A stretch of DNA of 63,945 nucleotides, filler included, from Atractiella rhizophila (Eukaryota): assembly GCA_021432655.1 (NCBI GenBank). It is 14 parts of 12 records of this genome, joined end to end, with 100 filler letters (N's around TTAATTAATTAA, not from the genome) between each part and the next. Parts side by side here need not be neighbours in the genome. Positions count along the whole stretch, not along the records: positions 38,762 to 40,293 come from MU272308.1; positions 40,394 to 46,702 come from MU272309.1; positions 46,803 to 53,101 come from MU272310.1; 11 more parts are not named here. One strand, written 5' to 3'. Of the stretch, positions 38,662 to 51,092 are shown in pieces; positions within the stretch are counted from its first letter, which is position 1, and the number at the start of each line of letters is the position of its first letter. Position numbers and translations under genes: made by a program. The notes beneath the pieces were generated by a model. The model made no database searches, was not told where the DNA came from, and saw only the letters and a program-made list of their open reading frames with translations.

Positions 38662-39820
38662 NNNNNNNNNNNNNNNNNNNNNNNNNNNNNNNNNNNNNNN
38701 NNNNNTTAATTAATTAANNNNNNNNNNNNNNNNNNNNNNNNNNNNNNNNNNNNNNNNNNNNCCCAAAAAAATGCCAATAATGCATGAAATTGTAGCTTAA
38801 TCCTATACATTGTGTGTTTACTTTGCTTCTTCTTTGTTGGGTGAGGAAGGGTTAGCATTCGTATCATTTCCTGTACGCAGTGAAACAATCTTGTTCCGTT
38901 TCTATTGAAATTCTGTGTATCGCGGAAATAATATCACAGACTTGAAACGATATTATCTGAAAATGAGCACAATTGGGTACACTTCGGTGCGCACGACAGA
39001 AAATGTGTTTACGAAATGAATGACCATGCACCCAAGCAGAACCTCTACGTCAAGTTCAGTGGTTACAGGCTTCAGCGCTTCAGCGATCATTGCTTGCCCG
39101 TTCTCACTTTTGATCCGCAGTCCACATTTGCGTTGTTCACTCCTTATCAGACAGTGACTGTGTCCATTGTGCAAGGACCGAGAACTAGACAGCAGAGCGA
39201 CCCAGCCAGAGTAAAATGAGTATACTATATCTCTCCGCGCTGGGAAAGGCCGCGCTGGAAGAATCGTGGTAGTCAAGATAGATGGAAAATGACGAAAATT
39301 GAGATAATCATGATCCTCAGCTCTACATTCTGTCCATCTTGCAAAGCACCACGGCTTGGCCAAGCTTTCCTGTGACAGGAGGTTTGCCAGGTATGAGCAG
39401 CAAGACGTAGCGCCAGCGGAAACACAACCAGATTGCATCACTGACATCGCTCATATTCGCACATTCCGCCAGGATGTATCACTGGAATTGCCATTGGGTG
39501 CCATATAATTCAACATTCAATGGATCGATAAGATGGCAAGGTGCTTGAAAAGCTGGTGTTGATGATTTGAACGTGAATTCCACCCCAAATGTTACAACCC
39601 GCCTTTATCTCGTTTAACTCATACCAACATGGTTAACAAATCTCCAACCCATGACATCGACATCCACTACCCATTTCATTCCGCCTGAAATCGTCACTCC
39701 GTCGTTTCTCACGGCAGCCGGCGACGGAAGCAAACTAGGCGCATCATAGCCAACGACCAACAAAACCAACCAACCGACGACCTCCCTCGCTCACTCAACC
39801 TGCACTTCCAAGCGAGCGCC

Positions 39821-40293
39821 ATGGCTCCCTCGACCAGTGCCACGCCCGACTCGCGCCTGCTAAACAACCTGCTGAAGGTCGAAAAGGACGCCGCTCAGTC
39901 GTACGTTCCACTCCCGTCCCTTAGCTCATCCCGGGTCATGTTACGCTGACGCTGTATTGATGATTGTGCTGTGGTTGTGCTGTTTTTGTTTTTGTGTGCT
40001 GGTGGGATGAAAGGTTCAAGACGTGGACGAAGGATGCGGCGGCGGCTGCTAATGCCCTTTCGGCATGGGCGTTGGCGGATTCAAACGTTGGAGGAGCGGA
40101 AGGAGGAGCGGAGGAGGGAGGGATGATGGTTCGTTTTCCCTCCCGTATTGTCAAACAAAGTTCTCGAATTGATTGCTGTGATGTGTAAGGATATAAGTCT
40201 TCGTATATCCCAACTGCTCGCTTCCTGCTCAGACTCCCAACTCGCATACCTCGACACGCTCTCCGCCTACCGCCTCTCCCTCTCCGACGTCCT
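39821..40293 (+). CDS. Pil1/Lsp1-like BAR domain protein, 5' part
   Basis: Spliced MAPSTSATPDSRLLNNLLKVEKDAAQS|FKTWTKDAAAAANALSAWA..|DISLRISQLL..YLDTLSAYRLSLSDV. Confidence 0.6.
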
Positions 40294-41589
40294 NNNNNNN
40301 NNNNNNNNNNNNNNNNNNNNNNNNNNNNNNNNNNNNNTTAATTAATTAANNNNNNNNNNNNNNNNNNNNNNNNNNNNNNNNNNNNNNNNNNNNGTGGAAT
40401 GGATGAAGTTGTTCAAGCTTCAAGCGAGAAGGCACAACAAGGTTCCGTTCTTAGCAGCACCAATTAATATTACCACCGAATTAACAGTGAAACCGCTCCA
40501 AATGAAGCAGCATAGATGAGAAGATGTAGTGTCTTTCATGGGATGGGCTTAGAGGTTAACAGGGCAGGTGTAAGTGTGCTTCCGAACGATGGACCATGTC
40601 CATGCGCAGGCTGCAGGGTTGCAGTCGTTGCATTGAAATCAAAGCTATATAAAGTCTTTCCTATTTTATAATAAAGATTCAGCCATTGAAGTAACGCATG
40701 AAAGCGTATTGAGCATAAATCAAACACGAATCAAGAATACTCTCCCTTCATACTCTGGACCTTGGAAGGACATCACCAGCCTTGTACTTCTCAACCTCCC
40801 TTAACCATTGCTCAAGGGAGGTTTAAAACTTTACCACTTCATTCAAAGGATGAAAAGACTCAACGTTCAGCTCGAGCTGTTGACCTGAAATCTTCAAAGC
40901 AATCCGTGTGATGGATATCATTTTGACACCAAAGCAACTTCATGGGCCATCAGAATCCATGCTTGTCACACACAGCCTTTGCATCACAAGAACCCAGAAG
41001 TCGCGCAACGATTGTAGATATAAGTTTGTAGCCGATGGCATGATGCTCAAGTACTGTAAGGACGGTAAGGTCTCCGCGTACTCATCAAGCTAGACAAGAA
41101 GGTACAATGTTTCGAGCAGGGAGAGGACTCATGGCAAGTCTGCTCATGGCAAGTCTGCTAGGAGTAGCATAAAGAATATGAAGATTCGTCTAACAGCCGG
41201 ACACCTATGGTTACAGGTGTCTGCTGCGAAGAAGCAAGGGTAGCGGCGACGTGATGTCCCAAAAGTGCTAAAGCTGTATACTCGATGCCGATGCGCCGTC
41301 TGCTTTCCTTCGCCAGATTACTGCTTGATCAGCGTTTGCAATGTGTAGGAGGGACGAACGGACGAGTAGTGACGAGACACGAAAACATGTCCAGACAGCC
41401 AGAGGACACGATTTTCTAAGGAAAACCGCGTTGGCGATTGTCATGGAAAGATATTCTCCGTGATCACCTCTCACGCGCTGACAGGAGACGGATGGAAGCT
41501 TTAAATATAACTACCTTCCACAGTATTCCATGTTTTCTCTCCCCCTCGACGAATATTCGCTGAAGTAAACGAGACACTGCCAAAACGAG

Positions 41590-43660
41590 ATGTCAAGCAC
41601 AACAGAAGAAAAGTCTACTGCGTCCACCGACGCTCAACTGCAGTCTCAACTGGAAGAAGTCAAACCTACAGCTGAGTCTCAACCTAAAGAGCAATCTTTG
41701 AGGCCATGGTTGGCTGTCGCTGGAGCTTTCTTGGTCCAATTTTGCACTTTTGGGTATGTCAACGCCTTTGGAGTCTTTCAAGGTGCGTTGTTCCCTCTCC
41801 TTATTGCTTTGATCGCAACCGTGTTGATGGACGCCGAAGCGTACTACACCTTTGATCAGCTGCGTGGATACTCTTCGAGTGACATTAGCTGGATAGGTTC
41901 AGTGCAGGTGCGTTTCCCGCTCCACTATCCTATACCATGAGACGAATGAATGCTAATTCAGAGTAAAATCAGCTATTTCTTCTTTGGGTCCTCGCTGTCG
42001 TATCAGGCAAATTATTCGACAAAGGTTACTTCACTTGGCTCTTGCTCGTCGGCTCAATCCTTCATGTGCTCTTGTGCGTCCATTTCCTGACACTTGACTT
42101 TATCTCTCTTCTGAAGCTCAACTAAGCATCCTGGTTCTTTCCGTCTGTGACACATACGCCGAAATTTTTGTTGTTCAGGCACTGGGACAAGGGGTACGGC
42201 GCTTCATCGCGTAGAGTGGAAGAATTACTGACCTTTCTTTCAGTTGAGCAATGGACTACTCTACCTCACTTCTCTCGCCTGCGTCTCCCGCTACTTCGCA
42301 CAACATCGAGCCTTCGCGTTAGGCGTAGCAGTGACAGGGAGTGGATTAGGCGGCGTTTGTTTCCCCAGTTCGTCCATCCATCCCCATTCCCTCACCCAGC
42401 TCATTCCAAACCAACTGATGTTGACGCAGTTTTGTTGAACAACTTGATCAAGGAACATGGCTTCGCGGAGGGAGTCAGAGCAAGCGGTTACCTCGTCCTT
42501 CCCTGCCTTGTTCTGGCCAACATCCTCATGCGGAACCCAGTCGAGGGTCACGCTGGATCGCAGATCCCTGAAGGGACGTTAAAGAGCGTGGTCTCCGATA
42601 AAGCAGCCTTGTTGAGCGCTGGAGGATGCTTTTTCGTCTCCTTGGGATACTTCATACCTGTAAGTCCATGATTCTATAGATGTAAGCTCAGGCTGATCCA
42701 CTCTTATGTCAGTTCTTCTATCTCCAAGTCTTCTTCCGATTACACGGGATAAGCGAACATCTAACGTTTTACTCCGTATGTGCCTAACCTATTTTCAAGA
42801 ACCGTTTGATGGATGAAAGGTTAACAGCTTGCGATATTGAACGGGGTGAGCGTTATAGGACGCTTAGTACCAAACTTGCTCGCCGACAAGTAAGCAACTA
42901 CCTCTTTTGTCATGTCGTTCACTGATCCTATGGTGTTCAAGGCTGGGAGTGATCAACCCTAATCATCCCTATCGATATCGCCACTGCAGCCATCACCTAC
43001 GCTTGGTCAGTGGCCCAATCTCCTCGAAAGTATTGCTGAGATCTGACAATGTTTTACGTTTGGATCAGGGTGGCATGTACAAAGACGGGTTCCGCGATCA
43101 CCTTTTGCGTNNNNNNNNNNNNNNNNNNNNNNNNNNNNNNNNNNNNNNNNNNNNNNNNNNNNNNNNNNNNNNNNNNNNNNNNNNNNNNNNNNNNNNNNNN
43201 NNNNNNNNNNNNNNNNNNNNNNNNNNNNNNNNNNNNNNNNNNNNNNNNNNNNNNNNNNNNNNNNNNNNNNNNNNNNNNNNNNNNNNNNNNNNNNNNNNNN
43301 NNNNNNNNNNNNNNNNNNNNNNNNNNNNNNNNNNNNNNNNNNNNNNNNNNNNNNNNNNNNNNNNNNNNNNNNNNNNNNNNNNNNNNNNNNNNNNNNNNNN
43401 NNNNNNNNNNNNNNNNNNNNNNNNNNNNNNNNNNNNNNNNNNNNNNNNNNNNNNNGGTCGAATTCTGAGTAGCGCAAATAACGATTACTGGAGTCTTGCA
43501 GTGTGGTCAGGGGTACGTTGGTCACTTCCTAGCTTCTCTTATCACCGCAGTCCTAATGATTTATCGTTTGGGTGAGCAGACAACATTATTGTTCTCGAAC
43601 GTACTGTTCTTCTGGGCGAGACAGTTGGAAGTGGGGAGAAAAGGGACACAGCGAGTGTAA
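41590..43660 (+). CDS. MFS monocarboxylate-porter (Mch-like) transporter, part in gap
   Basis: WLAVAGAFLVQFCTFGYVNAFGVFQ, SSSDISWIGSVQ, SGKLFDKGYF, YFAQHRAFALGVAVTGSGLGG, GRLVPNLLAD. Confidence 0.92.
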
Positions 43661-43846
43661 TCGAACGAATGTCATCGCGGGACCATATCGTATATCCACG
43701 TCAGAATGCAATTGCAATTGTTGAATACGTTCTTTCCGGACTTGTTACAGCTCTGCGTACTGGTACATCTATCAATTCGGCAACATTGCGACTTAACCAA
43801 GACCATTCTATTCCAATTCCTCATCCTCATCTCGGCATGCAACCAG

Positions 43847-45005
43847 TCAACTTCTCACATCTCCTAACCACTCTTCAAGCGGCATGACATCCTTCTTCTC
43901 CCTTACTTCGTCCCACACCTTTCTCGCACCACGAGCTTCGAACTGGATCCAATTCGGAGACGTATCCAGTAGCGGATTGTCAAAGTCCTGCACTTTAAGC
44001 TGAATATTCATTTCCGTCGATGTTTCGGTTGGATGGAGAGATTGAGGGTGAACGGCGAATTTGAGAGATGAGGAGTATTCGATGATGCTGTTAGTATGTG
44101 GAGGGACGAGGAAAGTGGAGTTATGAGAATGGTGTATCCTCAACTACGTCCATCAATGATCGATTAAGGTCGACTAAGAGGGAAGAGGAGTATAACTGGG
44201 AAAGATTCGCACCTGTCTACAATCTGCAAACAAAACGCAATCCTTCAAACCATGAACGATCACGCTCCCCTCCGTCACTTTCAATACCACCAAAGATCTC
44301 TCAACGTCCTGCATATGCACGCTTCCAAACTCTTCCTGCTCCAATCCTACCACACACCTCTTCAAATCCGAGATCAAGATGCTACCTTTATCCGGCGATT
44401 TGGAGGAGATAGAAGAGAGGGAGAGGTAGGAGTCAGAGTGGGAGGATATGTGGAGAGTGGAAGGGGGGAGGGAAGAAAGGTCGAAGAGTTTCTGTGGAGG
44501 AGTTCCTGGTGGAGTGTGTGACGAAGGAGTTGGAGCGCTCGGAGTGCCTGTGGAAGGTTTGGTAGAATGGGATCTCTCCTTATCCTTCGGTTTGGTCCCC
44601 TTGAAAGCAAACTTTGACTTCTTCTTCTTCGCAGCGTTCAAAGTATCCAATTCCTTCTCGAGCTCTTTGATCCGCTGCACCAGTCATGATCGACCGCATC
44701 ACCTTCCTCTGACTGACGAGTGAAGGGAATGACGGCTCACATTCTGGAACTGGGCCTGGTCATATTTCGTCAACGCGTCAAGAGAGTGCGAGAGCTCTTT
44801 CTCCAATTCTTTGAGTTCCAGTAATAGATCCTTAGTGTCTGTATCTGTGTCAGACAAGACGGCGGATACGCGTGCGCCCACATCTGTCCGTAAACATTCC
44901 TGATTAGAAGATGGATAGATTGACACTAAGAAATAGGAAGGGAGACAAACCTGCGATCTTGGATGAGAGGGATGAGGTGATTTCCGGTGAGATGGTCGTG
45001 GACAT
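43847..45005 (-). CDS. TBCC: Tubulin-folding cofactor C
   Basis: ALTKYDQAQFQN, KKSKFAFK, beta-helix GSILISDLKRCVV..GSVIVHGLKDCVLFADCRQ|LRIHHS..SIIEYSSSLKFA, VQDFD..TSPNW. Confidence 0.88.
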
Positions 45006-45487
45006 CTCTGGTTTTCGTTACACCTTCTCCCTTGATTTACGGCTCACTAGCTGGAGGAGAAGTTAGGTCAGCTTCATTTCATGGCTGCTTTGCTTTGCAT
45101 ATGGAGATGGAGAGGTATGCGTCGGCACCGACTCTAGATCCACCATCAAGCAGGTAATACAACAAAATGATCTGTACATCGCACGAGTACTATAGATTAC
45201 TCCGACCACATCAAGGTTTATGCAGCATACACATGTTGATTTACCCAGTGCAAGATCAACAATACGGAGACATTGATGTTAACGTTAAGGAGTTATAAGT
45301 TGCTAATATGCGAGAACAATGAAGCAGTTTCTACAAACAGACTCACGATCACAATCCAGCACAGTCACAACTGCATATTCACTGCAAACAAAAAACCAAA
45401 AACCATCAGATCATCACAACTTACCCGAAGGTCATATTGAGTCATCGGGTATCCCGCTCTATCATATCAATCGCCGCAGTGTTATGC

Positions 45488-46702
45488 ATGCTTCCCACAT
45501 TCTCATCAGCTTTTCGGCGGATGTCAGTGTCACCCAAGCGACCACTGATAGCGATCATCGGCACGACAGGGGTAGGGAAGAGCCAGCTGTCCATCCAGCT
45601 GGGGACTTCTCTCTCTCATGCCCAGCTGCTCTCCAAAGACACTGACCAAATCGAAAACCAAGAAGCAGAAGTGGAAATCGTGAATGCGGACGCGATACAG
45701 TGCTACGAGGGGTTCCCCATCTTCACGAATAAGCTGCCAGTGCATGAGAGGGGCGGGTTGAGGCATCACTTGTTGGGTGTGTGGGAGCCAGGGAGGGTGG
45801 GAAGGGTTGGGGAGTGGACGGAGGAGGCGGAGCGCGAGGTGAGTAACTTTCACTGATCCCTTTGCTATTGTGATATTTTCTTATTCATTCATCCTGTAAT
45901 ATATATGTAATCTCATATTTTCTCTTGCGCAGTAGATATCTCACATCCACGCACGGAGAAACATCCCACTCGCAGTCGGAGGCACATTCTACTACCTTCA
46001 AAACCTCATCTTTGCCGACCGTCTCATCTCCGCCCCTCGCTCCCCTCCGCCTTCTCCGCCTTCTCATCCTTCTCCTCATCCCTCTTCTTCTGTAGCATCC
46101 GTCCTCGATCCGCTCCCACAGCCCCTTCAATGGCTCATCCACCTCCTCCCTACCCTCCCAAACATTTGTACCTCCAAATCCTTCGACTCCGACTTCCCCA
46201 CGCACGTGTTCGAAGAAAAGAAAGCCGAGCTCAGAAAGATCCTATCAGAAGTAGGACCGCGGGCTGGAGTCGAAGTCGGGACGTCTAATCTGAACAAGAA
46301 TCTCAAGGAGGATAAGGATGGGCAGGATAGGAAAGAGGGCAGGAAGGAAGGACCGTTGGAAGCTGTGGAACTCTCCCTCCTCCTCTATCACTCCCTTTCT
46401 GTCCTCGACCCCCTCACTTCTTCTCGTCTCCATCCACTTGACATCCGAAAGATTCGTCGATCCTTAGAAATCCTGCTTAGCACTGGACAGACACAATCCA
46501 GTCTGATTGCGAAACAAGAAGCCCGAGAGTCGAATGGAGGAGGGGACGGGAGTGGAGGGAGGAGGGAGGAGGGGAGATATAGGAGTTTGGTGTTTTGGGT
46601 TTGGTGCGAAGAGGAAGAGTTGGAGCGGAGGTTGAGGGATAGAGGGGGAGAAATGAGGATCAATGGATTGAGGAAGGAGTTGAAGGAGATGAAAGAGCTC
46701 GT
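45488..46702 (+). CDS. MOD5: tRNA dimethylallyltransferase, 3' truncated
   Basis: IAIIGTTGVGKSQL, EIVNADAIQCYEG..TNK, HHLLG, VGGTFYYLQ, HPLDIRKIRRSLE. Confidence 0.93.
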
Positions 46703-47652
46703 NNNNNNNNNNNNNNNNNNNNNNNNNNNNNNNNNNNNNNNNNNNNTTAATTAATTAANNNNNNNNNNNNNNNNNNNNNNNNNNNNNNNNNNNNNNNNNN
46801 NNCATGAATGATTTGGTGTTTTCAAGTATCGTAGGAATGGAGAAGGGAACTAGATGGCGATCTGCTTCTGAAGTGAGGCCGCCATCACGTTACACAAACC
46901 CGATGCCTTAGAACCGAGGCATCTTATCGTCAGAGACAAGAGACATCCGCCAACGTTTCGATGTCAACTTGGGCCGACTGAAGGCAGGGCTCGATCGCAA
47001 CATCATGGGAGGTAGAACAGAAGTTTCAGGAAGAAGATCATGCCACTAGAAGAAAACGCCACGATTGCATTACGCACTTGTTTATGCCGAGTTCAGTCTG
47101 TTCAGAAGCGAAGAAGGAGCAGGGAGAACTCCAAAAGTTTACTTGAAATCGACTGCCTTGAGACAAGGAACTAAAGAAGTACAGGAGACATGGCGGGACT
47201 AGGAGATCGACGCTCAACGGACCGCGATTCGGTGCAAATTCAAGCGGATAATGTTTCACGGCGTACGACAAAAGTCAACTTTTCCCTGAGCAGTTGAAGA
47301 TCATGCACGACCATGAGTGGACTAACCACCGACAGTAATAACCGCTACACAAAGAACAGAACAGAGACACGCTTGCGCGTTGAACCTACATGCAAATCGA
47401 GGACGACTGAGCAATCAAGAAGCTTACCTGCTCACACGTGACTACGCACCATCCGATTTGCCTCTCATATACTACTGTCCTAGCTGTGTTTATAACTCCC
47501 CATCCCCTAAGCTCAGTGCAAGCATTGAACATCTCCTGCCATTTGGGGTACGTGCGGCGCGTACGTTTTTCTATTGCGGTCACCTGATTCTTGAACGCCA
47601 ACACAACATTCTCGATCCTATGTTGTATCTTACTGCGAATTTGCAGAAGTAG

Positions 47653-49421
47653 ATGGCCAGGACCAAGCAGCGAACATCAGCACGAACAAAGAACGTCGCA
47701 GTTGAAGAGGAGGAAGAGGATTTCGACGTGCGTACTTCTATTTCCTTTATCTTTCATCGGGGACAGTGTCCCATTACATTGGTCGGAGAGTTGATTTGCT
47801 GTTTGTGTTTGGTGTCGTGAAGGACATTGTCAGTCTACCAAATAAGAAACAAGGTGCTTCTCCCTTTCGTTGCGTCCTAAACTTAAATCTGAAGTTGTGA
47901 GCGCGTAGAGATGGTTAAAAAAACCACTTCTCGCGCTAGCACCACTGCTGCAACAGGCAACACGACTCGAGGAAAGAACGGAGGAAAACGCGCATTGTCT
48001 GTGCTTGAGGAAGAGGAAGAGGATGGATCTGACGCCTCCGCTGGTGCTGGAAAACGAGGAAAGAGTGTTGGAGCGTCAAAGAAGCGGAAAGTGAACAAGG
48101 AGGAGGGAGGGATGAGTGACANNNNNNNNNNNNNNNNNNNNNNNNNNNNNNNNNNNNNNNNNNNNNNNNNNNNNNNNNGAGGAAGAATGTAGTCGGGTAC
48201 GTCATTTCAATCTGTTACTTTGGAGCGGGAGGATGAAGATGGAAGGATGCAGATTAAGGAGGAGCGTGATAAGGCGGTCGAGGAGTACAGGCAGAAATGG
48301 GAGAACTCTAAGACGACAGCAGACGAAAGGGCAGATCGTTCGTCCTCCTTCTACTTTCTAATTGAACGACTGAGAGGAACTGGCGCGAACTTAGGCTCTA
48401 AAGCCATGATAGCCGAGTACCAAAAGCAGATTACCGAGCAGCAAGCAGTCCTGAACAAGTACCAGTTGGATAAGGAGAAGTCTCTTGACGCATCGTTGGA
48501 GAATATACATCTCTTTGGAGTGGATCCTAAGAAACATCAGGCTCTGGTGGATGAGTTGGAGAGGCTCAGGTCAGAAAAGGGCGATAGAGGAGAGGCTGAG
48601 ATAATGAAGCGAGAGCTAAAAGACCTGAAAGATGAGTGTGCGCCATTCTTTACTCCTTGCTCCTGCACACGTGTGTTGAGGTGGATCATTGGTATAGTAT
48701 CACGTACGAAGAAAGAAGAATCAACGAAGTCAGAGGAATGTGAGTGACCTCTTTCTCGCACAAGCGCGGATTTTGAAAAGATTCGACGACCGCTTAGTGC
48801 AACGTTTGAGGAAAGAGGATGCCTCGAGGACTGAAGAAGGTAACTGTTCTACAGATTTAACTCTTCCAAGTCTAAGAACCATCACAGTTCAACAGCTCCG
48901 CCTCGAACTAGACGCCGAAATCCAACAACACAAGCTCACTCAACAGAAATTACAAACTTCTCGTCCAATCAACGTCAACCCAACCACCCCTACCAGTGCC
49001 TTCGCCGGCCTTGCTGCTTCTTCATCTTTGCAGTTATATGAGAACTTGACCTGCTTGTCGGTCCTGTCGGTGAAGGATGAGACGATTGATGATGTCTTTT
49101 GGAAGGTCCACGAATGTCTCCTATCAGATTCAGGGGGACATCAACTTTGTACGCCGTTCTTCATCCCTATCATTTCTGCCATTTCTTGCTTTCCGGCTTA
49201 GAACATACTAAGTTCTTTGCAGCTTTTCACTTCCAACTCCGCCATCGTGCTGTACAAGATGATTGGGGGTTCATTCCGAAGATCGATTCCAGAAGGGATA
49301 CGAAACTCTTGAAGGTTTTGGACGAGTCTCCAAATTTTAAGGAGCCATGTTTTTCGGAGCTGCGCAGTTGCCAAAGTTCTGGAAGCAGCTTTGGGGGATA
49401 ATGAACAAGAAGTCAAAGTGA
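47653..49421 (+). CDS. CSM1: Monopolin subunit Csm1/Pcs1-like protein (coiled coil + C-terminal RWD-like domain)
   Basis: Long coiled coil, then LQLYENLTCLSVLSVK..VHECLL..FHFQL..FIPKIDSRRDTKLLKVL. The tail MFFGAAQLPKFWKQLWGIMNKKSK* needs one extra base near 49345. Exon 1 is MARTKQRTSARTKNVAVEEEEEDFD. Confidence 0.7.
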
Positions 49422-50063
49422 TGTCGTCTGGATTTGTCCCTTTTCTGTGGATTGGATTTTGTGTTTATGACGGAGGTTCGCTGTTTCGTTGTTGTGGTAT
49501 TACATTGTTTGCATTTGAATCACATCACGTTTAGGTGACAGCGTTTCCTCTCCCTCGTGCCCAGTCGTTGGTTGTGGCTCTAACAATTGTTCAACAGTCA
49601 GGAGAAGTTCCTCATCCCAGTTCACACAACCTCTGGCCACCGAAAACGCAATGAAACTGGAGGCTGGGAGTGACTGGGGAAGCTCACATTATCAGTGACA
49701 GTTCGTTTAATGCATCGCTTTGTTGTTCGGTACCTGTGTCACCATGGCATCTTCCTCCACGGTTTTTCCTGAAGCTGATTCTCTCAGACGATCTGCTGCC
49801 TCTGCTCAAATTGCGAAGGTTGTGAAGCCAAGGGAAGCTGGATGGGGTGCGATCGTGCCGTGCGCCAAGCAAAATCGTAACCAGCTACTATTCTGCCATT
49901 AGGCTCACCGCGGTCTCACCGGCTTCCCTGCACAGTCGAGTGACAGAGAGTCCTGAGCCGGTGTTGACTTCATTCATTGTGCAGAGGGCATTTGATGAGG
50001 ACTCGGAACGGCGACATAGGTGCTCAGTCGAGAGCCTTGAACTTGAAACATTGTTTTTTATTG

Positions 50064-50074
50064 GTGCATAAAAG
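50064..50074 (+). promoter_or_regulatory. Shared TATA-like element GTGCATAAAAG upstream of both Cys-rich paralogs (second copy about 51029)
   Basis: Same 11-mer about 60 nt before each ATG in otherwise dissimilar upstream DNA. Confidence 0.5.
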
Positions 50075-50127
50075 CATTGAAGCAGTCTCACCTGTTTCAT
50101 CCTCTAAAGACTGACGAAAAACGAATC

Positions 50128-50738
50128 ATGCTCTCACGAACTCTCGTCGCATTTTCTCTTGCCATCTCGGCATTCGCCGTACCAACTGTACATCTCCCAT
50201 CATATCCCTGGTGCATGCTAATTGGTGGTATGTTAGTTCACATCAGAGCAGGCATCTGCACTTGTCAAACGGAGCTGTCCCAACTGTTCCTCCGTGAGTT
50301 CTTTGCATCCACCTCTACCTCCTCTTAAAGCTAAACACCGAGAACACACCAGTGCGTCGACCGTTGTGATGATATGAACAAAGACAATGATAAAAAGAGT
50401 GTGCGTCCTCTCTCTTCTTCATCCTTCCCGACCTGATAACATTTCAGTGCGCGATGAACTGCATGTTCGTCTGCGTTTGCGATCCCGAAATGGAGAAGAC
50501 AAAGACTGTCGGGGCCTATCTGCCAGGGTATGACACCTGTGAATCACGGAGCACCTCCTTCTACGACGCTTGCACAGGAATGTTGAAGATCGGGACTTCA
50601 GCCATTTCTCAGAATTCAGGTTCAAAATCTTCTACCAGCAACACAGTTTATGGCGCATTTTTGCCAGGCTACGAAACGTGCGAGTCCAGAAGCACGTCTT
50701 GGTATGATGCTTGTACTGGGAAGCTGAAGACGGGCTAG
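50128..50738 (+). CDS. Small secreted Cys-rich protein A (151 aa, 4 exons)
   Basis: Exons 50128-50187, 50237-50293, 50353-50400 and 50448-50738, all phase 0. Signal peptide, LVKR site, 8-Cys domain, two 2-Cys repeat modules. Confidence 0.88.
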
Positions 50739-51092
50739 TTTGTACAATTTTGCTTTGGATACTAGTAATACATACTGCAAAAAAAGCCAAGTCTGCGCTC
50801 CAAAACGATGAAGAGTCGGTGGCGAACAGTTAGAATTCAATGAGACGCCGAAAAGCTGCAACAAAGCAACATCGTTGCGGTCAGTGCCAATAATAGTAAC
50901 TGGCCCAGGAGTGTGCCAGTCACCCAGGACTGGCCAAGAGATTGAACCCGAGGAGAAAGGCGACACATCTGACCCTTTTGGCTATGAAACAGCACAGCGC
51001 CGGTGTAGCCTTAGTACCCTGGTTTGTAGTGCATAAAAGGGTCTAAGCCCTTTTTCTTCCCATCCCTCCCATTCCGTCCAAATCCGCCCGAC

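Noticed and set aside
40793..40823. 10-bp hairpin AACCTCCCTT/AAGGGAGGTT as a Helitron 3' end
   Set aside because: No CTRR terminus at the expected distance on either strand, and no Rep/helicase remnant.
41128..41159. 15-bp tandem duplication CTCATGGCAAGTCTG
   Set aside because: Two copies only; ordinary slippage.
49335..49421. Frameshifted C-terminus of the Csm1-like gene
   Set aside because: A single missing base in a short run restores a plausible helix; consistent with the indel error rate seen elsewhere.
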